Virus record (IMG/VR): IMGVR_UViG_3300030419_007131
Span: 101,066 to 165,065 of that record
DNA: 64,000 bases
DNA from: a virus
Strand: one strand, 5' to 3'
The notes beneath the pieces were generated by a model. It did not search any database and was not told where the DNA came from. It saw only the letters and a program-made list of their open reading frames with translations. Shown here piece by piece: positions 18,465 to 28,479 of this stretch. The position numbers were made by a program, and so were the translations under genes. Positions within the stretch are counted from its first letter, which is position 1; each line of letters begins with the position of its first letter.

Positions 18465-20077
18465 GATTTAGTAACTCCCCGTACGGTTTGCCATCCCTTG
18501 TCCAGGCCGGCCCTAACGCACTCGTCTCTCTCGCTAAAAAATTGTTTGTGCGAAACTGCTTGATTAGTTGATGTAGCTTTAGCATCTATACCAAGTTCGT
18601 TTCCTAAGATGGAACCATGAAGTTCGCGGTCCTCTGGCGGGTGTGCGGGACAATATGTTGGAATATTGCCGTGAATTTTACTCATGAAGGCAAATTGAAT
18701 ATCTTCACCATTATCCCATGTGGTCGGCTTTTCTTGCCACAAATATCGTAGCCATTCGCGTTTAAAAAACCAACCATGGCCGACCAGGTCGACCTCTTTG
18801 ACTTCAGCATTTTGTGTGGGCCACCCACAGCGATCATGTTGCACATACCGATCGCCTTTAAGGATAACCCCAGCTGTACCCAAAATGCCTTCATGAGTTT
18901 TCATTGTTTCTAAACAGTTATGATGCCATTTTTTCCCTGGAACTGTGTCGTCGTCATACATCGCGACGTACTCTGTGTCGGCCAAAAGCGCAGCTGCAAA
19001 GCGGCCGTAAAACTTCCAGTTATAATCATTTTTAAAGATGCGATCGACGCCGAGGGACTCAAAATCATAGCCCGCATTATCTTCGTGAGCGTTAACCCAC
19101 AGCCAGATCTGTTTTGGGGGATGGGTTTGAGCACGAATGGCCTCAATCTGCATGGAGAGGTTATACGGCCGCCTGTAGGCGTTTAGAATAACCGTAATGT
19201 CTTGAGGAGTTTCCCGAGTTGGTTCCCGAGTAATAGAGTCGGCTACCTTTTGAGCTACATTCACCCGCTCTGTGCGTGCAAAATCAATAAGCTCTTGTCC
19301 TTTCAGGTCTTTAAACCATGGCTCAGAAATACAGCCATTAAAATTATTGGTCACAACCCGACAATTCAGCATTCGCGCCTCTATAAGCATTCGATTAAAG
19401 GTCTCCAACACCGCTGGAAAGAAAACGAGCTTTTCACATTTACTCAACTGTTCCATAAAAGTAGCATAGCTGGGAGATCCTATCCTCGTATAGGACAGGC
19501 CTTTGCTCTCGCAGAACTCAACATTCCTAAACGTGTTCTTGGTCGGATTACGACTGTCCAAAACGCCGTGGGTAAATGTTTTCTCTGTATCTACCAAAGC
19601 TTCTATTATATCCAGATGTTCATCGGACCAGAGGCTCATCCCCAGATTCACTACATTGGCGCTGTTCAGGTTCTTTTTTATGACCTCGGCATGAAGCGCC
19701 GATTGCGCAAACACGTTCTTTGCATTAACGTAGAAACTCTGATTTCTCAGATCATTCTTCGAAACTAAAAAATTAGGGTATCTTGATGGATCCCGAGCTT
19801 TAATGTACTTATGATCGTGCTCCATGATGGAGTACACAGCGGGATTCTCTACAAACCATGATTTGGCTGGCGCGCCCAGTTGTATAAAATTGGAAACCAG
19901 AAAATGAAAACCAAAGTTTTTATACATCTCAAGATGTTTGGGACCAACTTCATGGGCCTTGAACCTAACAATCTTGTGGCCAGCGCTTTCCAGCAACGAC
20001 AGAAGAACACTGTCGCACAGTTCGGCGCCCCCAGCAACCTCTCCAGCAAAAAAATCAGATATGTAGAATAACTGCAC
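18461..20077 (-). CDS. two-domain glycosyltransferase (GT-B + GT-A/GT2)
   Basis: GGAE...ETFNRMLIEA in the N-half; ITVILNAYRR...YDDD...GEDI in the C-half. Confidence 0.8.
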   Translation of the reverse strand: MQLFYISDFFAGEVAGGAELCDSVLLSLLESAGHKIVRFKAHEVGPKHLEMYKNFGFHFLVSNFIQLGAPAKSWFVENPAVYSIMEHDHKYIKARDPSRYPNFLVSKNDLRNQSFYVNAKNVFAQSALHAEVIKKNLNSANVVNLGMSLWSDEHLDIIEALVDTEKTFTHGVLDSRNPTKNTFRNVEFCESKGLSYTRIGSPSYATFMEQLSKCEKLVFFPAVLETFNRMLIEARMLNCRVVTNNFNGCISEPWFKDLKGQELIDFARTERVNVAQKVADSITREPTRETPQDITVILNAYRRPYNLSMQIEAIRAQTHPPKQIWLWVNAHEDNAGYDFESLGVDRIFKNDYNWKFYGRFAAALLADTEYVAMYDDDTVPGKKWHHNCLETMKTHEGILGTAGVILKGDRYVQHDRCGWPTQNAEVKEVDLVGHGWFFKREWLRYLWQEKPTTWDNGEDIQFAFMSKIHGNIPTYCPAHPPEDRELHGSILGNELGIDAKATSTNQAVSHKQFFSERDECVRAGLDKGWQTVRGVTKS

Positions 20078-20078
20078 T

Positions 20079-21344
20079 TTAAAACTCTAGGACAGCATCC
20101 CCGTCTACAGGAGGCGCCGACACGCCTCCACACGCTTCCAGTACCGAATCGGCAAACTGTTTGTACATCTTCTCGGGAGTAAATTTATCGAGCACATGCT
20201 TTTGAAGTGCCTGCGCTTCGTTTCGGTAATGGCCCTGCTTATCAATTGCTTCACGCAAAGCGCGCTTATAAGAAGCCTCCTTAGGATAAGCCCACTGGGA
20301 GCCCTCCACGAGCATTTGCGGCACGCGGGCATATGGCTGAATCTCAGCCAGTTCGTAGTCAACCTTAATAACCCTAGGAACATCCTTGCCCTTCTTGTTG
20401 GGCTTGCAAATAAAGTCCATCTGGCCGCTCCATGTTACAGTAAGAAGAGGGAGACCATTACAGGCTGCCTCGAAGAGGGGGAGACCCCAGCCTTCTCCAT
20501 GGCCGATGTTCACTAAGGCCTGCATTGTGGGGTGCAAATATAACCACGATAGATGATTCGGAGTCAGTTCCCCGTGCAAAAAATACACCTTACACTTACG
20601 ATCGGGAATATCTAAACTATTCAGCACATGGTTGATGCGATGTGTAGTAAATTCTCGATCCATAATGCTATCTGCGGCAGTATTTGTCTTCAGTACTAAG
20701 CCGACATCTTCATCATCCTTAAATGTTTCCACAAACCATTTAAGAGTGTTTTCTACGTTTTTTCTGGGCGCCCATTGAGACATTACTAAAAAGTTTTTAG
20801 AGGTTGTAAACTCAACATCCAGTGGCTCAGGAGGCACGACTCCTCGAACGCAGTAGTTCACTACGTCGATAGGGACCTTTACGCTCCAGTCATCAAGAAC
20901 TTCTCCGGTCTCTTCATTCGTCGCCTGATAAACGGTATTTTCAAATACTGACTTGGCATGATTAGAGACGACAATGACCCGCTCCATTGTCTCGTTCACT
21001 TTTCCGATCCACTCCGGGGCAACTTTCGTCGTTTCTATCCCGGCGGTGTACCCAATATTTACGGGGGTGATTCGTTCGAACTGATTCGGGACTGTAATTT
21101 GGAGCGATGCGTCAAACTGGCCGCCGGCTTGCATGAAGTGGTGGGTTTTTTGAAGCAGAAACTCAATCTCCGCTCTTTCGGGGGAACTCTCGGCGATGTT
21201 TTTCGTGGAGCCCCATGAAGTATTAATGACATAAACATCAAACAAATCCCGATGAGACTGCATCGCTCTAAGAGCGAAGCGTGACTGTTCGCCATAGCCA
21301 GATCGAGAGAGAAGGGGCCCTCTCATTAAAAGTTTTTTCTGCAT
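20079..21344 (-). CDS. GT4-family glycosyltransferase
   Basis: SGYG, PRKN, GEGWGLPLFEA. Confidence 0.85.
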   Translation of the reverse strand: MQKKLLMRGPLLSRSGYGEQSRFALRAMQSHRDLFDVYVINTSWGSTKNIAESSPERAEIEFLLQKTHHFMQAGGQFDASLQITVPNQFERITPVNIGYTAGIETTKVAPEWIGKVNETMERVIVVSNHAKSVFENTVYQATNEETGEVLDDWSVKVPIDVVNYCVRGVVPPEPLDVEFTTSKNFLVMSQWAPRKNVENTLKWFVETFKDDEDVGLVLKTNTAADSIMDREFTTHRINHVLNSLDIPDRKCKVYFLHGELTPNHLSWLYLHPTMQALVNIGHGEGWGLPLFEAACNGLPLLTVTWSGQMDFICKPNKKGKDVPRVIKVDYELAEIQPYARVPQMLVEGSQWAYPKEASYKRALREAIDKQGHYRNEAQALQKHVLDKFTPEKMYKQFADSVLEACGGVSAPPVDGDAVLEF

Positions 21345-21345
21345 T

Positions 21346-22599
21346 TTAGAGTACCCTCATTTCATATGGTGTATATCCCGTGCGGTTATCCCATGATCCG
21401 CAATCTTCATTCAATTGCGTAAAAAGATCATCCCAAGATTGCACGAAGTCGTCAAAGTTAAACTGCTTTAAAGTCCACTCACGAGCCTTAGCTCCCAGTT
21501 CAGTGCGTTCTTCGGCTGTCATATTGTATACCTTAAGCAGCGCATTTACAAAGTCTTCCTTTGAGATTCGATCTTCATAAATATAAGGAACAGACTGAGA
21601 TCCAATGATAGATTTTGAGGTCGGTTCAATACCAACTCCAAAGCACGTTTCGCCATCCGAGATCTGGTCTTTAAGACCTCCGGTCAGTGTCACTATGATA
21701 GGCGTCCCGCAAGATAGGGACTCCAACGTAGAAAGGCCGAAGCCTTCTGCATCAGATATATTTACAGTACAGTCGGCGACGTTATAAATCCCGGCCAGGT
21801 CGCGAGAATCCACCTTTTCACGTGAGAAAAGCACCTCTCCTGAGGTGAGTCCCAGTTCGTGAATAATGGCTTCCAGGTCTTGACCATGAACATCCTTAAC
21901 ATCTGTGTGCATGATCAAGGTTGCCTTATCATGGCCCACTTGGTCCAAGAATTCTTTAAACCACCAAATCAAAGTACCAGACTGCTTTCGTCTTGCGTTT
22001 CTATTATTCCAGAAACAGACAAACTTATCTGTCAGGCCTTTCTGGTGACGATACTGTGCAATTTCGCCCGGAGGCATTGGCTTAAAGATGTCACCGTCCA
22101 CAGCATGTGGAATATAACTGCTTGGTGTCTCGGGCGCAACTGTTTGAAGAATATCGTGAGTTAGCCGCGAGATGCAAGCCACATGATCATTTGAAAGATA
22201 AAAGGGTCGATTAAATTTAGGATGAGGATAGTTGTCCCATACGTGATAATACACCATCGGCACATGGGGTCGAATCTCATGCTCGATCTCCCAAAGCCAC
22301 CCATAAAAACGAGGGTCGGTCATAAACCACAAAATATCAGGCTTTTGCTGATATATCATAGCTCTCACCATTTCTTGTGTACCATAGCCATCCACGGGCC
22401 AAATGATCCAGTCTTCTCCCCACTGCTCTGTATGTTGGGGGTCGTGACGGGGGTGTTTTATAGCCCCCCCAAAAGAGACAAACTGATATTTACCGGTTTT
22501 AAGCATCCCTTCGATAATATACTTTGTCTGAGTTCCAACCCCAGAGGGGGAAAGTGGATGATCTCCGATAGTAAAAATCTTAATTTTATTATTAGACAT
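21346..22599 (-). CDS. GT4-family glycosyltransferase
   Basis: SGVG, RNARRK, EGFGLSTLESLSCGTP. Confidence 0.9.
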   Translation of the reverse strand: MSNNKIKIFTIGDHPLSPSGVGTQTKYIIEGMLKTGKYQFVSFGGAIKHPRHDPQHTEQWGEDWIIWPVDGYGTQEMVRAMIYQQKPDILWFMTDPRFYGWLWEIEHEIRPHVPMVYYHVWDNYPHPKFNRPFYLSNDHVACISRLTHDILQTVAPETPSSYIPHAVDGDIFKPMPPGEIAQYRHQKGLTDKFVCFWNNRNARRKQSGTLIWWFKEFLDQVGHDKATLIMHTDVKDVHGQDLEAIIHELGLTSGEVLFSREKVDSRDLAGIYNVADCTVNISDAEGFGLSTLESLSCGTPIIVTLTGGLKDQISDGETCFGVGIEPTSKSIIGSQSVPYIYEDRISKEDFVNALLKVYNMTAEERTELGAKAREWTLKQFNFDDFVQSWDDLFTQLNEDCGSWDNRTGYTPYEMRVL

Positions 22600-22611
22600 T
22601 AATGTGTTCCT

Positions 22612-23391
22612 TTACGGGCAATGTTCCGTTTTATACAATCTGCAACGATACGGCTTTAAACAACTCAAACGATTTTTAATCGTACGCCCCTGTAGAATAT
22701 TATAGATTGCTTGGTATAGAAGTTTAAGAGCGTTTTCCGTTTTTTTGAGGCCGCTCGTTACCCTAAATAGTTCAACCCTGTTTTTACTGGCTGTTCTTTT
22801 AAGCAACGCGAAGTGAGTTTCTACCTTGGAAGGGTCGATTTTGTGCTTCTGGCAAAAGAAATGTTTATACAATGTTAGCTGATATGTCACAAGCTTTTCA
22901 GACTTCTTGCGAGAATCCCATCCCCACGAACACGTCTTCCAATCAAACAGGTGATAGGTGTCCCCTACTTTAATAACAGCGTCAACAAACCCTTTGAAAT
23001 AAACATTAAAATTCTCAATAGGAACATACAACATTTCCTCTGAGGAAAAGACTTCATATTCTCCGAAGTATTCCTCAAGGGCCTTGTCGACCTCGGCCAG
23101 GATCTCGGGCCCCGCGGTACGCATTTGTTCTACGTTTTTGTCATTTACTTCAATATTCTTTTCTAACAATTCCTGCAGACGCTTATTGAAACCTATTTGG
23201 AATACCTCTGCCTCATCTATTTGTTCCTTGAGGAGCTTTTTTTCACAAACGTCATGAACTGCGCTGCCAAAGGCTGTGTATTCATTTCCTTCGAATGGGC
23301 TTACCTTTTCAACCCATGATTTTTGATGATAGTGTGGGCAAAAAGCCCAATCTTTAAGTTCAGAATAAGATATGTGTTCACGCTTGCTCAT
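22612..23391 (-). CDS. PD-(D/E)XK nuclease (Cas4/AddB-like, 4 Cys)
   Basis: SYS...CP, GSAVH, GFVD, DWKT, QLTLY, C-terminal C-x5-C-x7-C. Confidence 0.85.
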   Translation of the reverse strand: MSKREHISYSELKDWAFCPHYHQKSWVEKVSPFEGNEYTAFGSAVHDVCEKKLLKEQIDEAEVFQIGFNKRLQELLEKNIEVNDKNVEQMRTAGPEILAEVDKALEEYFGEYEVFSSEEMLYVPIENFNVYFKGFVDAVIKVGDTYHLFDWKTCSWGWDSRKKSEKLVTYQLTLYKHFFCQKHKIDPSKVETHFALLKRTASKNRVELFRVTSGLKKTENALKLLYQAIYNILQGRTIKNRLSCLKPYRCRLYKTEHCP

Positions 23392-24004
23392 TTATTATTT
23401 CTTCAATCTTTTTGTGTAAAAGTGGGCTTATGTCTTTAACTGTTTTTGGGCTATCGAGAAAGTATTTCTCAAAACCATTTGCAAAATATTCCTGCAGCGA
23501 CGTGGCACCATAAGGAGATACAAACAATCCCATGGTTAAAGACAGCAAAGTGGGATACCCGACTTCATCGGCAAGAAATTTATCAAACTTAGGATTATAC
23601 TCTATTTGAGCATAAGCCTTGGGATTGATGTGGTATCCTTCTGCTTCAAGTATGTGTTTCAGTCGCGACCTTTTGCCCCTAAATTCGTCGACCAAATCCT
23701 TGTTATAAATTTGGCCGCCTAGGCGATCCTCCAAAGAGTGGGCTGTTTCATGTATAAAGTCTTCCATCAAATCGAAATTCGTTGGCTCTTGAGAAGAGAT
23801 ATATATAGCTCCATTTCTATATGTGGCATTACGGCCCTGTAGTTCTTTAAAGTCGCCAATATAAACCACATCCAAATCATGCAATAGACTTTGCGGGAGA
23901 ATCTCTTCTACCTCTTCGCAAAAGGCTGGTATATCCACGCTTTCTTCGGGGGTGTTAAGCACAAAAAGCGGAATATTATAAATATAATATTCGTAATGGG
24001 TCAC
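23378..24004 (-). CDS. zincin-like metallopeptidase
   Basis: HETAH...YGATSLQEYFA. Confidence 0.7.
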   Translation of the reverse strand: MTHYEYYIYNIPLFVLNTPEESVDIPAFCEEVEEILPQSLLHDLDVVYIGDFKELQGRNATYRNGAIYISSQEPTNFDLMEDFIHETAHSLEDRLGGQIYNKDLVDEFRGKRSRLKHILEAEGYHINPKAYAQIEYNPKFDKFLADEVGYPTLLSLTMGLFVSPYGATSLQEYFANGFEKYFLDSPKTVKDISPLLHKKIEEIINEQA

Positions 24005-24234
24005 TGCTGGGTGCTTTCAACATCTAAAAGTGCCTGCTCATAACCGCGTAAGAAGTTTTCTTCGGCAACAGCCATCAAAAACTCCGGGAATTCTGCAGCA
24101 AATACCTGCACGGCCATGTCCACCGTCACGGCTTCCTCAGCCTCAAGTCGTTCGCCTATATAATTAACGACGAGTTCTTGTAGGCCCGTGTTGGTCTCGA
24201 CAGCCTTTTCTAAATCGGGATTTTCATTTTCCAT
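24001..24234 (-). CDS. acidic hypothetical protein
   Basis: start MENENP at 24234 avoids a long overlap with phoH. Confidence 0.6.
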   Translation of the reverse strand: MENENPDLEKAVETNTGLQELVVNYIGERLEAEEAVTVDMAVQVFAAEFPEFLMAVAEENFLRGYEQALLDVESTQQ

Positions 24235-24241
24235 TATGGTC

Positions 24242-25558
24242 TCACAAATTCTGTGCAGCGAAGGTCGCAACTTTCGATCTCTCACCCTTGTGTAGGGTGA
24301 CATGAGATGCCAGCTCAAACTTCTTGAACTTTTCGACGGCATGCGTCAACCCATTGGAGGTAGCATCGATATATACATTATCAATCTGTTCTACGTCTCC
24401 GGTCAACACAATTTTGGTTCCTTCGCCCACTCTAGTTATTATAGTCTTTAATTCGTGGCTTGTCAAGTTTTGAGCTTCATCAATGATGATAAAGGCATTT
24501 GAAATCGATCGACCACGAATATAAGTCAATGCTTCTATCTCTATTGTACCCTTTTGCATGTAAATGTCAAGGGTTACTTTATCATTTCCCATTAAAAATT
24601 GAAGATTATCCTGAATTGGCATCAACCAGGGTGTCATTTTCTCTTCCATAGTTCCGGGGAGGAACCCAATGTCCTTTCCTAGGGGCTGTACGGGCCGTGA
24701 GACGATTACGCGGGTGTATTGTTGTGTCATCTCGTCTATGGTCTGTTCAAGGCCTGCAGCGATGGCACAGATCGTCTTACCACTACCTGCTTTTCCGATC
24801 ACACTCACGATTTGAATCCCGGGATCCATTAAGGCATCCATTAAAAACTGTTGTTCTTTGTTTCGAGGCTTAATTCCCCAAATCTTCTGACTTTTTAGTA
24901 ACTGACGAATTGGCATGGCGTGGTGAACAAATCGTCCTAAAGCTGTCTTTTTTTCATTTGCATTTGAAACCAACATCACATATTGATTGGGATGAAGGGA
25001 TTTATCATCTAAATACACGCTTTGCTTTTCATAAAACCTGTCGATTATCTGATCGTCTACCAATACAGTGGTATACCCTTCGTAAATGCTTTCGCTATTA
25101 TCAACAACTTGATTATTTTGAAAATCTTCTGACGTAAGACCAACTGCATCCGCGATAACACGCATGTTGATATCCCGGGATACTAAGATTACTTTACGAG
25201 AACTTTCTCTTTGTGCCTTGAGGGCAGTCGCAATAATGAGATGATCTGGGATTTTTATATCTAGGTCGCGAGGAAGATCTTCGGGCTCGATACCAGATGC
25301 ACTAATCGATTTAACAAGGCCTAGGCCCTTCCGGATTCGCACACCCTTGTCAATGGATCCTTTTGCTCGGAGGTCATCCCAAATACGAATAATTTTACGT
25401 GCCTGAGCACCTACGGCATCTTGACGTTTTTTGTGCTTGTCGATTTCCTCGAAGACCTTTAAAGGCACGTGGATATCGTTGTTCTCGAAAGCGTATATAC
25501 ACTCAGCATTTGTCAAATAAACACTAGTGTCTAATACGTACGTTTTTTTACGACTCAT
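24242..25558 (-). CDS. phoH: PIN-PhoH (PhoH2) ATPase/RNase
   Basis: VLDTSV PIN domain; GKAGSGKT, GFLPG, IRGRS, DEAQN, GDVEQID. Confidence 0.95.
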   Translation of the reverse strand: MSRKKTYVLDTSVYLTNAECIYAFENNDIHVPLKVFEEIDKHKKRQDAVGAQARKIIRIWDDLRAKGSIDKGVRIRKGLGLVKSISASGIEPEDLPRDLDIKIPDHLIIATALKAQRESSRKVILVSRDINMRVIADAVGLTSEDFQNNQVVDNSESIYEGYTTVLVDDQIIDRFYEKQSVYLDDKSLHPNQYVMLVSNANEKKTALGRFVHHAMPIRQLLKSQKIWGIKPRNKEQQFLMDALMDPGIQIVSVIGKAGSGKTICAIAAGLEQTIDEMTQQYTRVIVSRPVQPLGKDIGFLPGTMEEKMTPWLMPIQDNLQFLMGNDKVTLDIYMQKGTIEIEALTYIRGRSISNAFIIIDEAQNLTSHELKTIITRVGEGTKIVLTGDVEQIDNVYIDATSNGLTHAVEKFKKFELASHVTLHKGERSKVATFAAQNL

Positions 25559-25593
25559 AAAGACCCTTGGCTTTAAATAAATAGAGAGCGCGG

Positions 25594-26121
25594 CTAATAT
25601 TCTCCTTTCTTAGACACATCTCCGCCAGAGACTACTTCTACGCGGCTTGGAGTAATATCTACTCCATCTATTTCTGTTTCACTTTCCTTGATCATCCCTG
25701 ATGAGTTAACTAAATCGGAAGAGCTTTGGATTTTACCTCCGCCAACGCTCCATAAAAGTTCTATACCCAAAGTCTGGCACAAATCCATTTCGGGAGTGTT
25801 GTTGACTTTACGGTCTCCTCCGTTAGCAAAGAAATCTGGTTTTATTCTTTCTAGGGCTTCGCATACCGTTCCGTCCGTGTCATCCACCTGAACAGTGTCG
25901 TGGACTGCAGCAAAACCACGCAAAATTTCACACCTCTCTTCGAAAGGCATAAAGATGTATCCTTTTTTTCTCATCAACCATTCATCTGAATTAACGATGA
26001 CAACAACATTGCCGTATTCTGCGGCAGCGCGGATCATGCGCAAGTGACCTACGTGCACAGGGTCAAACCCTCCCGAAACACAAACAGTAGTGTAAGGAGT
26101 GCTTTCCGTGTTAGTCTTCAT
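25594..26121 (-). CDS. HIGH-family cytidylyltransferase (TagD/RibL-like)
   Basis: SGGFDPVHVGH, ANGGDR, KIQSSS. Confidence 0.9.
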   Translation of the reverse strand: MKTNTESTPYTTVCVSGGFDPVHVGHLRMIRAAAEYGNVVVIVNSDEWLMRKKGYIFMPFEERCEILRGFAAVHDTVQVDDTDGTVCEALERIKPDFFANGGDRKVNNTPEMDLCQTLGIELLWSVGGGKIQSSSDLVNSSGMIKESETEIDGVDITPSRVEVVSGGDVSKKGEY

Positions 26122-26359
26122 TGTCCGTGGTCCCGGGTCGCGATCGTACCAAAAGACGGTCTAATGCTTCCATTGACCGCTCGGCTTGCGCCAACTTTGC
26201 AGCTGCAGTGCAAACCTCAGTAACAACAGCCGGGTGATCAGCAACTCCAGTTACAGCATTTACATATAACTGAATCGTGGTCAGAGCCTCCTGTCGGTCG
26301 GCCTCAAGGCGCGCCAACGTGGCGCGGACAATTTGACTTCCTAATGCATTATTTTCCAT
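26111..26359 (-). CDS. hypothetical protein
   Basis: 82 aa, AGGAG SD. Confidence 0.6.
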   Translation of the reverse strand: MENNALGSQIVRATLARLEADRQEALTTIQLYVNAVTGVADHPAVVTEVCTAAAKLAQAERSMEALDRLLVRSRPGTTDNED

Positions 26360-26401
26360 TTCTTATCTCCTTTCGTTATGGTGGCTGCGGCAGACGCCGC
26401 A

Positions 26402-26656
26402 TTATTCTTCTTGCAAGTATACTACATTTCCATCTCGTTTAAAGCTCTTTCTTTCTTCCGTCTCAATATCCTCTACCTCCCAAGGGAGCGGGAGAAGATC
26501 ATGATGAACCATCACCATCTCTAGATAATTTAGACGATTATATAAAGTTATAATTCTCATTTTATGAGTTTTTAATACAGTACTAAATGCCCATAAATTT
26601 AAAACACTAGTTACCGCACCCACAATGAGTGCAAATATGGTCAATTCTAGTGTCAT
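26402..26656 (-). CDS. hypothetical membrane-anchored protein
   Basis: N-terminal TM helix. Confidence 0.6.
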   Translation of the reverse strand: MTLELTIFALIVGAVTSVLNLWAFSTVLKTHKMRIITLYNRLNYLEMVMVHHDLLPLPWEVEDIETEERKSFKRDGNVVYLQEE

Positions 26657-26663
26657 TTTGTCC

Positions 26664-26927
26664 TTATGTCAAGTTGGGATCATACAAGGATGCCTCTTTA
26701 GTTATCTCAGGCAACCCGTCTTCGCTGTCTCGATTATATAATACAACAGTATAAAGACCATTCCAAGTACCTGGCACTTTTTTTCTCATGAGCCGAGCAT
26801 TTGAGTGTGTTTCGGCATGTATGTGAAGAGTTGGGCCTAAAGTACTGTGTTTGACTGTATAGGTACAGTCAGGCCCGAACTCTATGGCTGCCTGCAGTAT
26901 AAGTGAGTCTCTGTTGTCGGGGTGCAC
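26664..26927 (-). CDS. hypothetical protein
   Basis: 87 aa, packed against neighbours. Confidence 0.55.
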   Translation of the reverse strand: MHPDNRDSLILQAAIEFGPDCTYTVKHSTLGPTLHIHAETHSNARLMRKKVPGTWNGLYTVVLYNRDSEDGLPEITKEASLYDPNLT

Positions 26928-27116
26928 TTATTTCTTCTTTCGTCGTGTTTTCTTGTGGAGTTTTTCAAATAATAACTTTTTCCACAATGTGCCTTCCACC
27001 TCTTCTTTCGGCATGTTTAAAGAATACAGACCTGCAAGAATGAGTCGTATTTCCCTGTTCGATAAGTAAACCGTTTTTAAAAAAGGTGGCAGCTTCTTTT
27101 GTTCTTGATCAGACAT
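26928..27116 (-). CDS. small basic hypothetical protein
   Basis: 62 aa; AGGAG and CTAGTTA motif upstream. Confidence 0.55.
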   Translation of the reverse strand: MSDQEQKKLPPFLKTVYLSNREIRLILAGLYSLNMPKEEVEGTLWKKLLFEKLHKKTRRKKK

Positions 27117-27175
27117 CTCTAAAGCGAACTCCTTGTCGTCGTGTTATTAATAACTAGTTCATTTTCGACTTCTTC

Positions 27176-27418
27176 TCACAGAGTTTCGGGAAGCTTGTGT
27201 AATACAAGCCAATGAGGATCTTTCTTTCCGCCACGTTTAATAACCTTGGCTTCAAGTAGCTGTTTATTAACACTCACTGGTTCTTCTTTTATGTGGTCGA
27301 TTGCGGCGGCGCGACTGTCAAACCGATATTGCAAATATAAGACCCAGCCATCTGGGAGACTTTTTGCTACTTCGCGGTTTTGTAAAAGCGTAAGTTTGGT
27401 TGGAGACGTTTTGGCCAC
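27176..27418 (-). CDS. hypothetical protein
   Basis: 80 aa, TAGTG overlap. Confidence 0.5.
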   Translation of the reverse strand: MAKTSPTKLTLLQNREVAKSLPDGWVLYLQYRFDSRAAAIDHIKEEPVSVNKQLLEAKVIKRGGKKDPHWLVLHKLPETL

Positions 27419-27699
27419 TACTTCTTTCTCCTCTTTTTGTTGAGTTTGGCTTTACGGCGTTTCTTTTCGGCACGTCTTGCTGCTGCCTCTTCTTCGAGTG
27501 CAATTGCGGGGTCAAGGCGCGTCTTTACGGCATAATAACGATTGTTAACTTTTCCCTGCCAATGAACTTTAACTTGAAGATTTTCCTCCATTGCTAGCTC
27601 CAAACGTTTTTGATCGGCCGCATCAAACGTAGGAAATCTCCCTACGATCGTCCACGCTGGGCCGTCTTGGTGAACTTTTTCTACTTCTTCAGTACTCAT
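27418..27699 (-). CDS. hypothetical protein with basic tail
   Basis: 93 aa. Confidence 0.6.
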   Translation of the reverse strand: MSTEEVEKVHQDGPAWTIVGRFPTFDAADQKRLELAMEENLQVKVHWQGKVNNRYYAVKTRLDPAIALEEEAAARRAEKKRRKAKLNKKRRKK

Positions 27700-27922
27700 T
27701 TGTTTCCTTCCATAGATAAGTTGCTGTCATGGGCCAGTAGATCTCTTCACCACTGTCCACTACTTGTATTCTATAGACTGTAATAGATTTGTCAAGTACT
27801 AATCCAATAAATTTTCGATTATGCCCGTGCTCATTCACGCGCGCTGAATCAACACAAATGACCAAATCGCCTATGGTCGCTTGTTTTCGAGGCCGCTCTT
27901 GTCCCAACCACCCTGTGTCCAT
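27689..27922 (-). CDS. small SH3/KOW-like protein (IGDLV family)
   Basis: TIGDLV...IGLVL...YRI. Confidence 0.55.
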   Translation of the reverse strand: MDTGWLGQERPRKQATIGDLVICVDSARVNEHGHNRKFIGLVLDKSITVYRIQVVDSGEEIYWPMTATYLWKETNEY

Positions 27923-28467
27923 TTCTCATTCATTAAATGATTAAGTTTATTAAAATGCAAAAATCCCAAAGCATGACCTATCTCATGTTCCAAGACTGTA
28001 TCTCTAACCTCGGGCTTCATGTATATGATTGCCCACTCAATTTCATTATGGTCATTATCTACATAAAAGTGAGTTTCAGCTAAATCTTCCTCATCCATTC
28101 GAATATCTTGATGGACCAGGCGTACTACAATATATCCCACCGGTGTCTTGCTTTTACACTTGTCTAAAGGATCATATTTATATTGAGTAGTAAAAAACCT
28201 ATAGTTTAAATCTTTCCAAAAGCGTACAGCATTTTTTACACGCTCTTCACTAACCGGGGCATAATCACAAACAATTACCGTTGGAGTTCTTTTCCACGTG
28301 GCTACTTGAGGTGGGCGATCTTGAATCGCTGGAATTCGTTCGAAATTTGAGACATAATCACTAGCAGTTGCAGTTACAGCACCAAGGACCATTAAACTTG
28401 ATAAAGCCAATATAAGGGCCCCATAATAAAAAAATGAAACCAGTTTTGCTTGGGATTTCGTTTTCAT
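27871..28467 (-). CDS. secreted matrixin (M10) metalloprotease
   Basis: signal/TM segment, HEIGHALGFLH, Met-turn LM. Confidence 0.85.
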   Translation of the reverse strand: MKTKSQAKLVSFFYYGALILALSSLMVLGAVTATASDYVSNFERIPAIQDRPPQVATWKRTPTVIVCDYAPVSEERVKNAVRFWKDLNYRFFTTQYKYDPLDKCKSKTPVGYIVVRLVHQDIRMDEEDLAETHFYVDNDHNEIEWAIIYMKPEVRDTVLEHEIGHALGFLHFNKLNHLMNEKWTQGGWDKSGLENKRP

Positions 28468-28479
28468 GCTTTATAATAT

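Noticed and set aside
22612-23391. CRISPR-Cas locus
   Set aside because: No cas1/cas2 or effector genes and no repeat-spacer array seen in the window
4293-25558. Bacterial chromosomal LPS/capsule locus
   Set aside because: No export or polymerase genes; flanked by phage-type sigma, spike-like and small hypothetical genes. A cellular origin is unlikely but cannot be formally excluded from this window
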